Shown one piece after another: positions 40,819-55,179 of a stretch of 64,000 nucleotides of DNA. Below the pieces are notes generated by a model. It saw only the letters and a program-made list of their open reading frames with translations, had not been told where the DNA came from and made no database searches. The position numbers and the translations under genes were made by a program. The stretch comes from the human T2T-CHM13v2.0 reference genome, Homo sapiens: assembly GCF_009914755.1 (NCBI RefSeq), contig NC_060930.1. One strand, given 5' to 3'. How positions within the stretch are numbered: position 1 is the stretch's first letter; every line of letters starts with the position of its first letter.

Positions 40819-41479
40819 GGTTAGAGGGTGGAGTACAGTTACTGCAATTTAATCTCATCATCAAATCATTAAGGTTTTACCCCACTTGTGTCCTAATTCT
40901 CAGGTTTATCATCGACAACTTTGGGTTACAAAACTATTGTAATATAATCAATCTACCAGCAGGGATAAGACATGTTTCCAATCTTCAAGCAATCCAGCTA
41001 GAATAGTAGGGGAATAGATGTCTTTAGCTGATGGGGCTATTTCTTTTATTGTGTTGGGCAAATCAGTTCTTTTGATCTGTAAGCAAGAATGATAACTATC
41101 ATATTTACATATTTACTTCATAGAGCTGTGCTGAGGATTCAAGAAGGTGATATGTACACACATTTCAGAGTGTTATGAAATATTAGCTATTACAATTTGT
41201 TTTGAATGTGTTTGGAACATCCAGTTCTTAGAGTATGGGCTCTATGAATCTTCCCTGCCATGAACAGTCCATCTTCCTGCCTCTCTGGTTCTTCTACCTG
41301 AGGGAAACTCCTAATAACTCATTAGTATTTTCCAGAGTTGCTGCAGCCCTGGACTGTTACTATATCCCCCTCTATCCATCTCTCTAGCCTACTGAAGCTT
41401 TGATCTTCCTTGAGTTGTTAAATTTATTTGCTATATGCTTATCTTATCTCTTTTCTGGACTACTGCTCTGCATTTTTCT

Positions 41480-42005
41480 TCTTTGAGCCCTGTTCAATGG
41501 CAGTGACAGCAATCTTTTTGTAATACAAATGGGATCATTTTTCTCCTTTGCTCAGTCTTTCAATAGTTTTCCACTGCTCTCAGGCCTACAAGGTCGTGCA
41601 CAATTTAGGTCTTGCCTATTTCTCCCAACTCATTCTATACCACCCTTCCAGAATCTTCATGACCCATGTGAGCTTCCTTTCTGTTTCTGGAAGCCAAGCA
41701 ACCCTTTCCTAACTCAGCAGTTTCTCAGCCTGGAACATTCTTCATCAGGCTTTTGCCATGGCTGATTCATTCTCTACCTTTGGGACTCAGTTCAGCTGTC
41801 AGTTCCTCAGATGCTTCTTCTGTCATACAGTGTTCATTTTGTTCATAGCCTCATATCATCTGTTTTTATTTGTTTTCTCTGTTTACTTATTTACTTTCCA
41901 GCTCCCCTGCTAAACCATGAGCTCCCACGAGAATGGCTATCTGCTTAGCGAGCTCTGTCCCTAGTGTGTGGCAACCACTATGTCCACGTGCAAAATGAAT
42001 GAAAA
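41480..42005 (+). mobile_element. L2 3' region
   Basis: gcctggaacattcttc…actcagttcagctgtca…aaccatgagctccc…aatgaatgaa. Confidence 0.6.
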
Positions 42006-43076
42006 ACATTAGTATTGCTTCCAGGAAGTAACATCTAGATAGCCATCTGGATTATCTCCTTGCTTCTGCTGTATTTTTTCTTTTGTTTAGGAAAACCAGA
42101 GCAGTATGTTAAGGCTCATCTTTTTTTTTGTATTGCTTTTAATGTACTGCTTTTGTCTGAAGACCCTCCTGAATTCTCTTTCTCTCTTAACTGACCTGTC
42201 AAACCGAACCTCCCACAGATTTTTGGTCTGTGAGGATCAGGGTTAAGCACTGACTTTGAGGTTAATAACTCTTTGACCTCGGGCTGGCCATACAACTTCT
42301 GTAAGCCTTAGTTTCTTTCTCCATGAGAGTAAAGACTCTTAGGATATAGTGAGGTTTGAATGAGGGTGACAGATGCAGTCCTTAGCATGCTGCTGCCAAA
42401 CATGGAGTAAGGGCTCAATGGATATTGGCTACACACTCAGCCTCACATCTGCTCATCACTGTGTCTTCTTACCATTAAGGTGTCCTGTGCACTGTTCCCC
42501 TGACGCTCCTCATTCACATCTTTGCTGTTGCATGGGACCATGTCGTTCTTCCCAAGGTAGAAAAAGTTCTCTGTGTTTTTCTAAATTCTACCCATCCCTG
42601 ATCACCTAGTTTAAAATTCTATCTCCAATCAGAAGCCCAGCCTGGGTCCACAGCAGTTCACCCTGCTAACTAAAGGCCAGTAACTATGTTTGTCAATGAA
42701 AAAAGCAGAAAGAGCTTTAAGAGCCACTGATTTTTTACCTTGTTCTAGGCTGAATGTGAGAAGGTACTTCCATTCGTTGCCTTGTATTGCCTCAGTTAAT
42801 CTTCACAGTAATCCTATCTTATAGAGGCCATTCTCCCCAGTTTCCAAATGAGAAAATTGCGGCATAGGAGAAGAAGTAATGAGACCTAGCAGGTTTTCTA
42901 TCCCAGGTTTCTCCAATAGTTACAAGGAAATTCATTGCCTACTTGTAAAGTTATTCTGATTTAAAACAATCCAGCAACCAAAAATCTAGTTTAGTAGAGA
43001 GCCAAAAAGGTCATGACCAATTGCTCAGAAACAGAGAAAAGTCTGGATACAGGTTAGGTCATCAGATAGGATACAT

Positions 43077-43078
<2 letters not shown>

Positions 43079-43152
<74 letters not shown>
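43079..43152. repeat. Compound (CA)n(GA)n microsatellite
   Basis: Directly visible. Confidence 0.97.
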
Positions 43153-43156
<4 letters not shown>

Positions 43157-43289
43157 GTGTCTTGATTATAGATGAAGCTAATAAAAAATGAGGACAAGAA
43201 GCTGAAGTTAGATTTCTAAGCCGAAGTCAGGACAAAAGCAATGCCAGAGCTATGAAGAAGCATGAGGGCTCCAGCTCCCATGGGACAGG

Positions 43290-43426
43290 GCAACCTCCGC
43301 CTCCCGGGTTCAAGCTATTCTCCTGCCTCAGCCTCCTGAGTGGCTGAGATTACAGGCATGCACCACCACGCCCGGCTAATTTTGTATTTTTAGTAGAAAT
43401 GGGGTTTCTCCATGTTGATCAGGCTG
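43290..43426 (-). mobile_element. Internal AluSp fragment lacking tail and 5' end
   Basis: gcaacctccgcctcccgggttcaag…ggggtttctccatgttgatcaggctg, with abrupt ends on both sides. Confidence 0.9.
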
Positions 43427-43857
43427 AGTCTTTAAAATTTAGAGCTGGATGGGAATATTAGAAAATAATACAATAACTTAAAAGTAAACCCCACCCCACC
43501 ATTTTATAAAGTTGAAAATCTGATACGCAGAAGTGTTTCCAAATTCATTACGCTATTTCATAGCAAAGTGGAGGCTAGTGCATGGGTTCTTTGACTTCTG
43601 GTCCAATATGCCTTCCTTCTCAAGGCTGGTTCCCAGCACTGGCCCCAGGGACACATGAGCAGGAAAGCCAAGGATGGAGGAGTGACCAAACAGGATGATA
43701 AGAGTAGGGAAAACAATGAGAGGAACAGAGGAGCCCTGGGAGTTGGAGGAAGGAGAGGTGGAAAGGCAAATTGGGGCTGAGATGAAGGGGAGCACTGGAA
43801 CAGACAGTGGGTGCTGACCTCAAAATGACTTCTTAAAACACCATCCTTGAATTATAT

Positions 43858-44080
43858 CAGTGGCTGTCATCCCTGGATGCCCTTTACAACCATCTGGGGA
43901 AATTATATAAAAATGCCAACAGAGCAAGACTCCATCTCAAAAAAAACAAAACAAAAAAAACGCCGATTTCTGGATCCAACAGCAGACAGAGGGACTAACT
44001 GACTCGTTTCTGGATTGTGGTCCAGTTGTTATAGTTTGAAAGTTCCCCATGTGATTCTAATGGAAAGACAGTAGAAACCT
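43858..44080. mobile_element. MER5B-like element containing a tiny Alu 3' end (43918-43960)
   Basis: cagtggctgtca…catctggggaa…aaaaatgcc [aacagagcaagactccatctc-A tail] aaaaacgcc…agttccccatgtgattctaatg. Confidence 0.65.
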
Positions 44081-44103
44081 TTGGGTTACAAGGAAGACTA
44101 GTC

Positions 44104-44284
44104 TAGTGGTTCTCAAAGACTGGTCCTTGGACCAATTGCATTTGTATCACCAATTTGTTAGAAATGCAAAGTCCTGCCTCATTCCAGGCCTATCGAATAC
44201 AGAACCTTTAGGAGTGGGACCCAGGAGCTCTGTTAACAAGGCCTCCAGGTGATTTGGAACACAGGTAAGTTTGGACACCAATGC
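44104..44284. mobile_element. MER5A
   Basis: tagtggttctcaaag…ttgttagaaatgcaaa…gtgggacccagg…ttaacaaggcctccaggtgat…aagtttggacacca. Confidence 0.8.
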
Positions 44285-44567
44285 TTGAGCTGATGGCCAT
44301 GGTGTTTAATTAAGTTGTTAATATATTAATGCATTTTCCATCTAATAAAGGTTAGGGCATTCTTCTTCTTTGCATTCTAAAATTTTATAAAATTCTTCAT
44401 TAAAACATCATAGATAAGACCCAATCTGCAGGGATAAGACACACACCAACTTCCTTAAATTGCATTCAACTTACCACTGGCATCATTATAATAGAATGAC
44501 TAGTCACTAGATAATAAAATATTAAATATCAGAAGGAAAATCTATGTTATATGCAATTAAAAGTAAA

Positions 44568-44864
44568 TTTTTTTTTTTTGAGACAAAGTTTTGCTCTTGT
44601 TGCCCAGGCTGGAGTGCAATGGTGCCATCTCAGCTCACTGCAACACCTCCCCGTCCCGGGTTCAAGTGATTCTCCTACCTCAGCCTCCTGAGTAGCTGGG
44701 ATTTCAGGCATGCACCACCACGCCTGGCTAATTTTGTATTTTTAGTAGAGATGGGGTTTCACCATGTTGGTCAGGCTGGTCTTGAACTCCATGACCTCAA
44801 GTGATCCGCCTGCCTCAGCCTCCCAAAGTGCTGGAATTACAGGCATGAGCCACCACACTCAGCC
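44568..44864 (-). mobile_element. AluSq/Sp
   Basis: ctcttgttgcccagg and gtgcaatgg diagnostics. TSD aaaagtaaa. Confidence 0.95.
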
Positions 44865-45774
44865 AAAAGTAAACTATTTTATCTGTAGAATGCCTCCCTA
44901 AAATATTTTATCTTCTGTTATCAGTTGTAGATGTGTGTGGCTTTTTCACTCCCCGTTAAACAAAGAGGTTGTAAGGCAACCACAGCTGCTCCTGTATGTG
45001 AGATCCGCACACTGTTACTTAAGCCCCGTACCTTGTGGGCTCGCAATACATATTAACTTGATTACATAACTTGCATCTGTTTTGGTTTCTCTAGAAACCA
45101 GGAACCTTCAGTTACTCCAGCATGAAGGAGTCAACTGCTATAGAGACCACATTCCCTGGAGTTTTATAAACTATGCTGGTCATCAGATCACTTTTAGACA
45201 TCATGTAAGGTATTGATTTTGGTCACCTCATGGTGGTTTTTTTTTTTTAATTTTTTTATTTTCCAGTTCTTAAGAAAAGTTCTTAAAAATGTAAATAGCT
45301 AATACTTGGGAAATTTTAATGTAAACTTCAGTCTCTTTGAAGTGAGTTGAGCACATATTAATTGTCATTTTATTTCAATATCTTTTGGCAGTGTTGTTTT
45401 CACGTATAACCAACCAATGACTTTCATGATAGTCACAAACAAAAACAGAATAGTGCTTTCCCCAAATGGAAATGTTTTATGGTTCTGTCTTCTAGTTCCC
45501 TGAGACAGACACATCTGAAGTGAGTAACTGATGTAATCAAAATTATATTCTTAAAAAGTTCTCTCTTGTTTTAGGTTCCTTAGTGAATACTCTCTCTCTC
45601 TCTCTCTCAATGGTTTCTAATGGTGAATTTCTTTTAAGAAAAGTTTATCTCTGTATTCTACTCCCTTTTCACCCACTAAAACACTTAGATTTATTTTCTT
45701 TTAGTGTACACATAAAATATTGCTTTTTAATTTGACACTCCACTGAGTTAAGAGTGGCAATTCTCCTAAATTAT

Positions 45775-46105
45775 TTTCTTTTTCTTTTTTTTATTTTTAT
45801 TTTTCAGACAGGGTCTCACTCTGTTGCCCAGGTTGGAGTGCAATGACATGATCATGGTTCACCGCAGCCTGGCTCACTACTGCTTCACCTCCTGGGCTCA
45901 AATGATCCTCTCACCTAAGCCTCCTGAGGAGCTGGGACTACAGGCACACACCACCACACCCAGATAATATATTTTTAAAATTTATTATTGGGACGGGGTC
46001 ATCCTATGTTGCCCAAGTTAGTCTCAAACTCTTGAGCTCAAGTGATCCTCCCACCTTGGCTTCCAAGGGTGCTGGGATTGCAGGCCCAAGCCATGACATC
46101 TGGCC
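45775..46105 (-). mobile_element. AluJ
   Basis: AluJ features: gacagggtctcactc, ctcctgggctcaa, tatgttgccca. Confidence 0.9.
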
Positions 46106-47002
46106 ATTTCTAAATTCTTAATGTGGAATATTTACATTTTATCGTTGGAAAGACAGCCTTCAAAGATTAATACTTATTAAATAATAGAATGTTCTTAGCA
46201 AACAAACAGTTAATTTTTAAAATGAAAAGTCAAGATGAAAGAAAAATATTTCACAGAATGTTAATGAAGTGTGGGATAAATTTAGTATCTTCATATATTA
46301 ACATAAGAAGTAATAAAATGCAATCACAAAAATAGCCCTGGAATTGAATTGCATGTTGGGAGTGATGGTTTGATGGCAACTCGGAATACAAAATGAGCAG
46401 ATGGAAGAGGTTCTAATGTATTCAGGGCCAGAGAAATTATTCTTTAAACTTTTCTTCCTCTTAGCTGTCTCCATTAATGTTCATGGTCAGGTTGGCCTTT
46501 CGGATAAAAGTGAGATGATGAACATCAAAATGCACAGAACCCTATGGGACCACATGGTGGTTACTCAATACATGTTTCTGAATCTGATTCTGATAAATAT
46601 AAGTCTAGTCTTTGAAAAATTAACTATCAGGGAAAGAAAGGGTCAGTAAGTTTTCTCTATGGTGAGCCCATCTTTTCCTTATTTACTTATTATGTATTAA
46701 ACAGCTCCTAGGTGACAGGGCCTGTGCTAAGTGCTCAGTTCCTACCCTTAATTAAAGACAGGCATGCAAGGCTATAATTGTACCCACATTCCTCTTGAGG
46801 TCACACCAGAGCTCTCTCCAGTGGGAAGAACTTTAAATAGCCAATCTCTAATAAGCACAAGGGAGCCACATCATAGGAAAAAATGTGAAAAGACAATGGC
46901 ATTTTCCACTTCTTTACACCACCAACAAGGGGAAATGGCTGAGCAGTGCGTCTTCCTCAAGAAAACGTTCCTTCAACTTTGATATCACTGTCAATTGAAA
47001 AA

Positions 47003-47850
<848 letters not shown>

Positions 47851-50800
47851 TAATATCCTCACACTTACTTAAAGCTGTCACTCTGAAATCAATCTAGGCT
47901 GGCACAAAACCTCACATCTTTAGGATCCTAGTTGGCGATGACCATTTTGGTAAGAAAAATGGCCAAGAATCAAAGCTGGATGGTGTGTGTGTGTGTGCGA
48001 GCACACAGGCATCACACGCATGCACTTGGACATACATGTGACAGTGGGTGACTATGCTGAAATTTGGGGAATGTGAAACAGAATTTAGAAAGCTCAGATG
48101 AATTTTTGCGGGGTAACAATGATTGTGATCTATTCTTCCTTTCCATGGAAGTTAAATAGACTTTGATGGGGACATCCAACGTTCCAATCTGTTTTTATAC
48201 TTGCCAATGGTCTAGGCCCCATTTATTAAATGCAGAATAACAGCCAAATAGATGAAGACCTGTAAAACACGGACCAGGGCAGAATTCACTTTTTTAAAAA
48301 GGTGAAGGCCATTTGCACTCCTCATTTAGCTGAATGAGAATGAGTCATTTGCTTAATGGATAATTTTAACTTGATTTCCAGTAAGTGGATTAAGTAATTG
48401 AAGAACTTCGAGGCATGGAGAAATATTTGTTGAAGCACTTGGAAACAAAATCAGAGCCAGGTCTGTCAGCAACTTACGATGGAAAATTCCAATTAGTCAA
48501 CCTATCGATACAGCTTCATTATTAAGCAACATTCTAATGGCTTGGCTTCAGTGCTGACATGTTGCAGGCATTTGCAATGTTACACCAAGGTTGCAGGCTA
48601 CCCTGATAGGCCTCATGCTGTTAGTCCACTTTGTTAAATAGAAGTTGATTTTATATTTAGTTGTGCATGGAGTGTACAGATGAAACAAATCACTTCTATA
48701 GGCTCAACAAGATGAATAGTTGCTGTTGAAAGCTAGCAAGGAGCTGGATGCAAGATTAATATGCAGTCCCAAGTTCCACTTCCTACAATTTTTATTGATT
48801 GCATGAAAAAGTACTAAAATTCATGATTTCTTAGATAAGTTAGATTGAAACTCTTGCATAGCTATAGTAGATGTAATTTCTCTGAAATGTACCATTTGTC
48901 TACAAATATAGCTTTTCATCTGGGACCACGTGCAATGAATTCTATGATGAGTGCAAAGCCTTCCTGATGGCACTCTGTGCTACAAACACACCCTGGCTCC
49001 CAGACTAGCTTCTCTGCCCTCTTTGGTCTTTGTCAAATTGCCTCCTTAGGAGAATTTTATAAATGTCCTACCCTGCTGTGGTTCAAATACCGGGACTTAT
49101 TTGGTGTTTGTTTTTCCATTCCCACAAACCACAAAAGATTGAATGTTGATGTATTTTAGCATTAAGATCTTTCTACTAACATCTGAATGGCATGCCAACT
49201 AATTTGACACAGAATTCCATTGTCTTTCAGTAGGTTTCAGGAAGAGAGAAAGCCGATTACAGCCTGTCTTTACTTATTTTACTTTTAGAGTTTGGAACCT
49301 AGATTTTGGCAGAATGAGAGTGAGGACTAGATGAGGTTTGGTTCAGGGCATCATTCCAGTTCTATTACCATTCAATAATTTTTGGAAAACCTATGTATAT
49401 ACTTGAAATAGTACACTTGGGTGTTTTTTTTTCTTTCTATTGAAATCAACTGTTTTAGAAAATTCTTGAAGTCAGTTACAATACTAAAATATTAATTTGA
49501 TGAAGTTCCTGGTTGATTTCTATTCTAGAACCTGTATTCTTTCCCATGAGATGGTCACAATGACAGAACATAATCAAGAAGGATATTGGGAGATTTATCA
49601 TTCCTCATCTTTTAAAAAAATTGATGTTTGATTGACATTTATCAAAGCTTTGCTGCATCAGTAAAGGCTCAAGTTTATTCATATGTATTGATCCCCTTGG
49701 TTGTTCAGCTAAATAAAGTTTTGAACAGATTTGGAATACAAATCTTCAAAAATGCCTTTTCACCTGCAGCATGAAACTTGAAGCTCATCCCTTTGGCTCA
49801 AAGTCCAGCTGAATTATGTACTTTTCCTGAAATTTTAACTTTGACTATCTAAGAGTCTTACTGTAAGACTTCACTTCCAGAAAACATTGAGATATAGGGA
49901 CTCTGGCTACTCTACTGTGCCCTACATACAGTTACGTCTTATTTTATGATAGTATTTTTAAACCTTGTTATTTTATAACACATTTATGTTTTGTAGAGGC
50001 CTAGATATCAATGCAAATTTCAAAGCAAGTGATCATGAGTCCTGATAAGGAGATAATATGCTTTGAAATAGGAAGAAATGAGACTATTTTAAGAATGACT
50101 GATGGTGCCCTGGCATTCCTTCTCCCCTGTGCCCTTGGAGGGTATTTAGTGCTACCTAGAATGTGAGTCAGAGAAGGTACAGATAGGAAGAACTGTTCTC
50201 ACACCACAGGAGAAGTAACAGCTCAAGGGCCTAGCTAGTCAGAGCAGTGTGGCACTGCTGCTCCAGAAGTCTGGCTTCATCAGCAGTGATGCATGGCTCT
50301 GAGCTCTGAACAGGAAGCATGGTTGATCTGTGCTGAAGGCTTGGTTGATCTCTTGAATAAACTGAGAGATGATGGAATGGTGCACAGTGAATCTCCTCTG
50401 AAGACTGAACATCTTCCTTGGACCATGATCAGTGAACATACTGGAACATACTGGAACATTCTGACACCATTTTCCATCCCAACCCCTGTTCTCCCTTAGT
50501 TTTCTGGTCTTAGGGTTACAACTTGAAGTGAGTACCTTCCATTGTAGCACTCATTTCTAAAAGCATTAAAGCCAATTTTCTGACTCATCTGTATTTCAAG
50601 TCTAAATGTTTACTTCATTTAGTTGGATTAATAGCCCCATAGTTTCTTATTAGTGAAACTTATTTAAATATGATAATGAACTAGTATTTCTTGTGGTAAT
50701 TTCTGATGCTGGATATGTGAACACATAATATGCTCTCTTTAGTGGGATCCTACATGAGGACAGTAATTGTAGTTCAGCAGGATGTAGCTGAAAACACCTG

Positions 50801-52048
50801 GCTCCGCTCCACTCTTTACATTGAATTTTCTTCAAAATTAAATTACATTTTGGGAAGATTTCCATTTGTCCATATACATGTTTGAAAATTGTTGGACAGC
50901 ATAAAATCATTTAAAAGATTGTCCTATTTCCCATATTGTCTCAAGTGTGTATTACTGTTCAGTTCTAAATTATTGTTTAAATGGATCGCTGTTTTTATAT
51001 GGCTGAAAAGCAAATCATGTTAGTTTGGGCATACATTCATAGCAATGAAGAGGCACTTGAACACACATCATAGGTGTACTTTTGTTGCAGATATAGAACA
51101 CAAATATAAAATGCACAAGTTAAATCTGCCCCAGGATAATTCTAATTGTCCCAAAATACATTTATACAGAAATATGACATTGAATGCTCTCTACTGGCAG
51201 GGCCATGTTAATGTTCTATTAACAACATGTTAATTTGTTATTTCACTAAACTAAGATTACAGCTTTTAGTTGCTTATCTATTCATATGCTGTATTAATTG
51301 CATGGCACAATAGATAAACATGTTTTAGCCATACGTTAGTTATAGAGAGCATGCTTGATGGATTGTGGACCTGTTATGACATCAAAAATATAGGCAAATA
51401 GAAAACATTCAATGGAAAACCTCTTGATGTATGAATTTTATGTTATATCCTATGAAAGGAGAATCTCCTACAAATAAAACTGCCTTATAACCCACTCTTT
51501 CCCGTGCTGCTTCTTTCTGCAACATTGCAATGATGGAAATCATGACAGAAAATGAAAGATAAATGCGAGCACTTGTAAATACTGTGATATCACCTTATCA
51601 TTATCTGGTGATAATGATTTGCTGTTGGGCAAATCTGTTCTACTCTGCCTGTGGGTTGGAGGACTGTGGTATGAAGAATGCAGCTTTGAACTGCAGCCTG
51701 ATGACCAGAAACACACATACAAACACCACACACATACAAATACCACCACATACAAACACCACCAACGCACACACATACAAACACCACCAACACACACAGA
51801 AAGAGAGAGCGAGGGAGAGAGATCAAGCTTGAGCCCTTCTGCTACATAAAATTTAGCAGCCATTAAACAAATAATTGCTTTATTTTGGAAGCTTTTCTAA
51901 TTAAACGTTAGTCACATACTCTCCCTTGACCCCTGCTTTCTGTGTTAAAAATCGCCATCCTAAAAAGCTTACTTTATGCATTGCATAATTACAAAAAGTT
52001 CCCAGAAGAATGGAATGTTTTATTGTATGGTTTGCTTTTTGAAAAGGA

Positions 52049-52050
<2 letters not shown>

Positions 52051-52081
<31 letters not shown>
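52051..52081. repeat. (TG)n microsatellite
   Basis: Directly visible. Confidence 0.95.
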
Positions 52082-52084
<3 letters not shown>

Positions 52085-53061
52085 CACACATTTATATAAA
52101 TGTGAAGATACATGATTGTATTTCACAAAATTTTTGCAGCCATATTACAAAAAGCATGAGGGAAATGAGAGAACATGGGTGATGCTTGGGAAACGAGGCT
52201 GGAGAAAGGAAAACAATAGGTACAAATTTCTACCAGTTTCCTCAGGCATCCATAGCAGCTGCTTAATGATACATGTATCATTATATCCTGGAGTAGTTGG
52301 AGGGCAGAACAGACTTGATTACACTACAGACAATTGTTTCACAATAATTCTGGGCCATTTTTCATTAGCTGTCTCCCCTCACAGCAAAACAAGAGGTAAT
52401 TTTTTTAAGGAACATAACAAAACAAAACTAAACAAAACAACCTATACCACAGTAAGGTTGTCCAGCAGTTAAAGATTTTTAATAATTCATCATGCGAAAC
52501 ATTTCAGGTGAAATGCTAAATTTCTCAACTGTGACAACAAATGATGAGTGGAAAAAAACAGAACTTGAACTGATAAAAACAATAGGATAAATAAAAGAAA
52601 TTGTATGTTCACTTTTCATGACTGCACTATACATTTTTTTTATTACCTTGCTTTGTCTGACAGGTTTTGTCACTAGTAGGGGGAATCAAAAAGGTTTGTT
52701 TTGAACCAATTGATGAAAAAGCTGATTTCTTTTTAACAGTTACGTGGCAAACTATCTCTTGGTAATCATTTATGTATGTTCACATATCCACTGCCTGGTA
52801 TCATGTCACAGCCCCCTTTTAGGTTTTCTTTCTAAAGACAATGGAGGGTTCTAGTGAATTTGCATGGCTTTTGAAGGGCAGCATTAGCTGCTTCAGGGCT
52901 CTGCCTTCCCTTGTATTGATAATGAAAGTAAGAAGTAGTGGTCATTAGGAGCTATGTCTCAAGCTACTATTCTAAGAATTTGATATGAATTCACATATAT
53001 AATCATTGCAACCAATCCTATGAGGGAAGTAACACTATTAGTCCTATGTAATAGACATTAG

Positions 53062-53490
53062 TCAGGAGCTCTCCATGCATCTGTGCATGGCTCCTTGGAC
53101 AACCTGCAGAGGACCTTGGCGCCCTTCTCAGAACCCTACCTTAAAGGTATAAAATAAAATACAGGAGAATACAAAGGAAATCAATTATGTTGAAATAGTT
53201 AAGAAAAGATGTATTTGTATGTACACATCTTCATTAATGCATTCAATAAGAATATCTGTGAGGGGACTCTAATAACAAGTATAATCTCAAAGTGGTCATG
53301 GGCATTGGTGATATTTTCAGATAGCTTCAACACCTCCAATAGGATAGGCTCCTTGTGACTTCTACCGGTGAGAAAGTCACAATATTGCTAATACTACTGT
53401 GACTTGTTGCCTGCCCTCATAATCGATGGAAATTTCAAAAATTAGAGAAAATAAAGATGCACTCTTTTTTTTCTATGTAAGTTCCTCGCC
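53062..53490 (+). mobile_element. hAT-Charlie fossil (Charlie4a-like)
   Basis: cccttctcagaa…ataaaataaaatac…acaaaggaaa…ggtgagaaagtcaca…tgctaatactactgtg…gaaaataaagatg. Confidence 0.7.
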
Positions 53491-53584
53491 TTACCCTGCA
53501 ACTTCAAGCTCAATTCATCTTTTTTGATATGAAGAGAAAGTAATTAAACAACAGATTTATTCAGATGGCATGATAAGAAGAGTG

Positions 53585-53903
53585 ATGGATGAAGCTGGAG
53601 GCCATTATCCTTAGCAAACTAACACAGGAACAGAAAAGCAAATACTGCATGTTCCCACTTATAAGTGGGAGCTAAACAATGAGGACAGATGGACACACAG
53701 TGGGGAACAACACACACTGGGGCTTGTTGGAAGGTGGAGGGTGGGAGGAGGGAGAGGATCAGGAAAAATAACTAATGGGTACTTGGCTTAATACCTGGGG
53801 GTGAGGAAATAATCTGTACAAAAAACCCCCATGACACAAGTTTACCTATGTAACAAACTTGCACTTGTATCCCTGAACTTAAAATAAAAGTTAAAAAAAA
53901 AAA
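53585..53903 (+). mobile_element. L1PA13-16-type 3' end
   Basis: atggatgaagctggaggccattatcc…gagagGATCAGGAAAAATAACTAATGGGTAC…ccctgaacttaaaataaaagtt followed by poly-A. Confidence 0.9.
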
Positions 53904-54532
53904 AGGGTCAAGTAGACAAATTTAGACAATCTGGGGCCTATTCTCATAAAAATGTCACAACCAGTGTTAAGTATTTTCTACTAGGAATGCTTTCGAGTTT
54001 TAATCTAAAATGTGATTTTTCTCTCCAGGCTTTTTTCTATACTTCATGATTCGTCATTTTAAAATGTATGACAGTGGGAGAACAAGAAAGCTTGAAGGTC
54101 AAAGGTCATAAGGCCAATGTTGACTGACAAGATTTCCATCTGGAATTGGATGGCATTTCCTTAAAAGCTGTCCCTTGCATCTTTCTCTCCAAGCTGCTGA
54201 TTGGCCAGTGATGTCCTTAGATTCTGACCCCGGAGCTTCCTCCATGCATCCCCTCACCCTTCTCATGGTCTCACCTCCTCAGAGCCTTCCTTGACATCTC
54301 ATTCTTCGTCCATGCTCTGCCTTTCCTGCGTCATTCCTACTGTCTGGAGCACATGTTTTGTGCCTGATGATAATCATCTTCTGCTTTTGGCCTAATAACT
54401 TCACATTTCCTTTGAAGGTATCCAAAACATTGTATATTTCTTATGCATATTTCGTGTAGAAGGCACTTGGAGATTTCTTGCTGAATTTTATCTTGTCCTC
54501 TGCAACTGCAACCTTGATAATACAGAATTGAG

Positions 54533-54564
54533 GTGTGTGTGAGTGTGTGTGTGTGTGTGTGTGT
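54533..54564. repeat. (GT)n microsatellite
   Basis: Directly visible. Confidence 0.9.
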
Positions 54565-54611
54565 ACAAAGTAAATCATTTTTTAATTTGTAGTTTAGTCT
54601 TGAAGTATAAT

Positions 54612-55179
54612 GCCAGTCTAATCCACCAATATTTAGTTAAAGGTACAAATGTTGTTTCTCTACTCAACTGGAAATGGACAGGCCTAGTTACAAGGATGAG
54701 CCAGTATTCCCTGCCCTTAGAGCACTGTCTGCAGGGGCAACAGACATGAAAACAGACAAAACAGACTGTTAGAGCACACACTAATTCTGTGAATGTGGAG
54801 AGCACAGACACATGCATTTGGCAGAGACAGGGCCATGAAGGATACATATATGTACAATTATAAATATATATATTTATTTTTTTAAGTTATATATACAATT
54901 TTCTTAAATGAAATTGCATGTTCAAATGTAAAAAGAAAGGACCAATCAAGCCTTAGCTAGGAAGTAGGGAATTGTGAGTGGTTTTGAAAAAAAAAAAAAA
55001 TGCCCAGTGAAGCGTGGGATAACTGGGAAAGGCTGAAAGAGATGCATTTGCCGCCCCTGTAGACAGTGTTCTAAGGGCAAGGAATGCTGTCTCATTCTTG
55101 TAACTAGGCCTTCCCATTTCCGGTTGAGTAGAGAAACAACATTTGTACCTTTAATTAAATATTGGGGGATTAGACTGGC
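54612..55179. repeat. Inverted repeat: arms 54612-54738 and 55053-55179 (127 bp, 11 mismatches, no gaps, 314-bp spacer); arms look like L2 3' ends
   Basis: Manual alignment of arm 1 to the reverse complement of arm 2. Also visible as near-identical peptides in ORFs 54543(+) and 54946(-). Arm 2 tagacagtgttctaagggcaaggaatgctgtctcatt…taaatattgggggattagactg resembles the L2 terminus. Confidence 0.93.
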
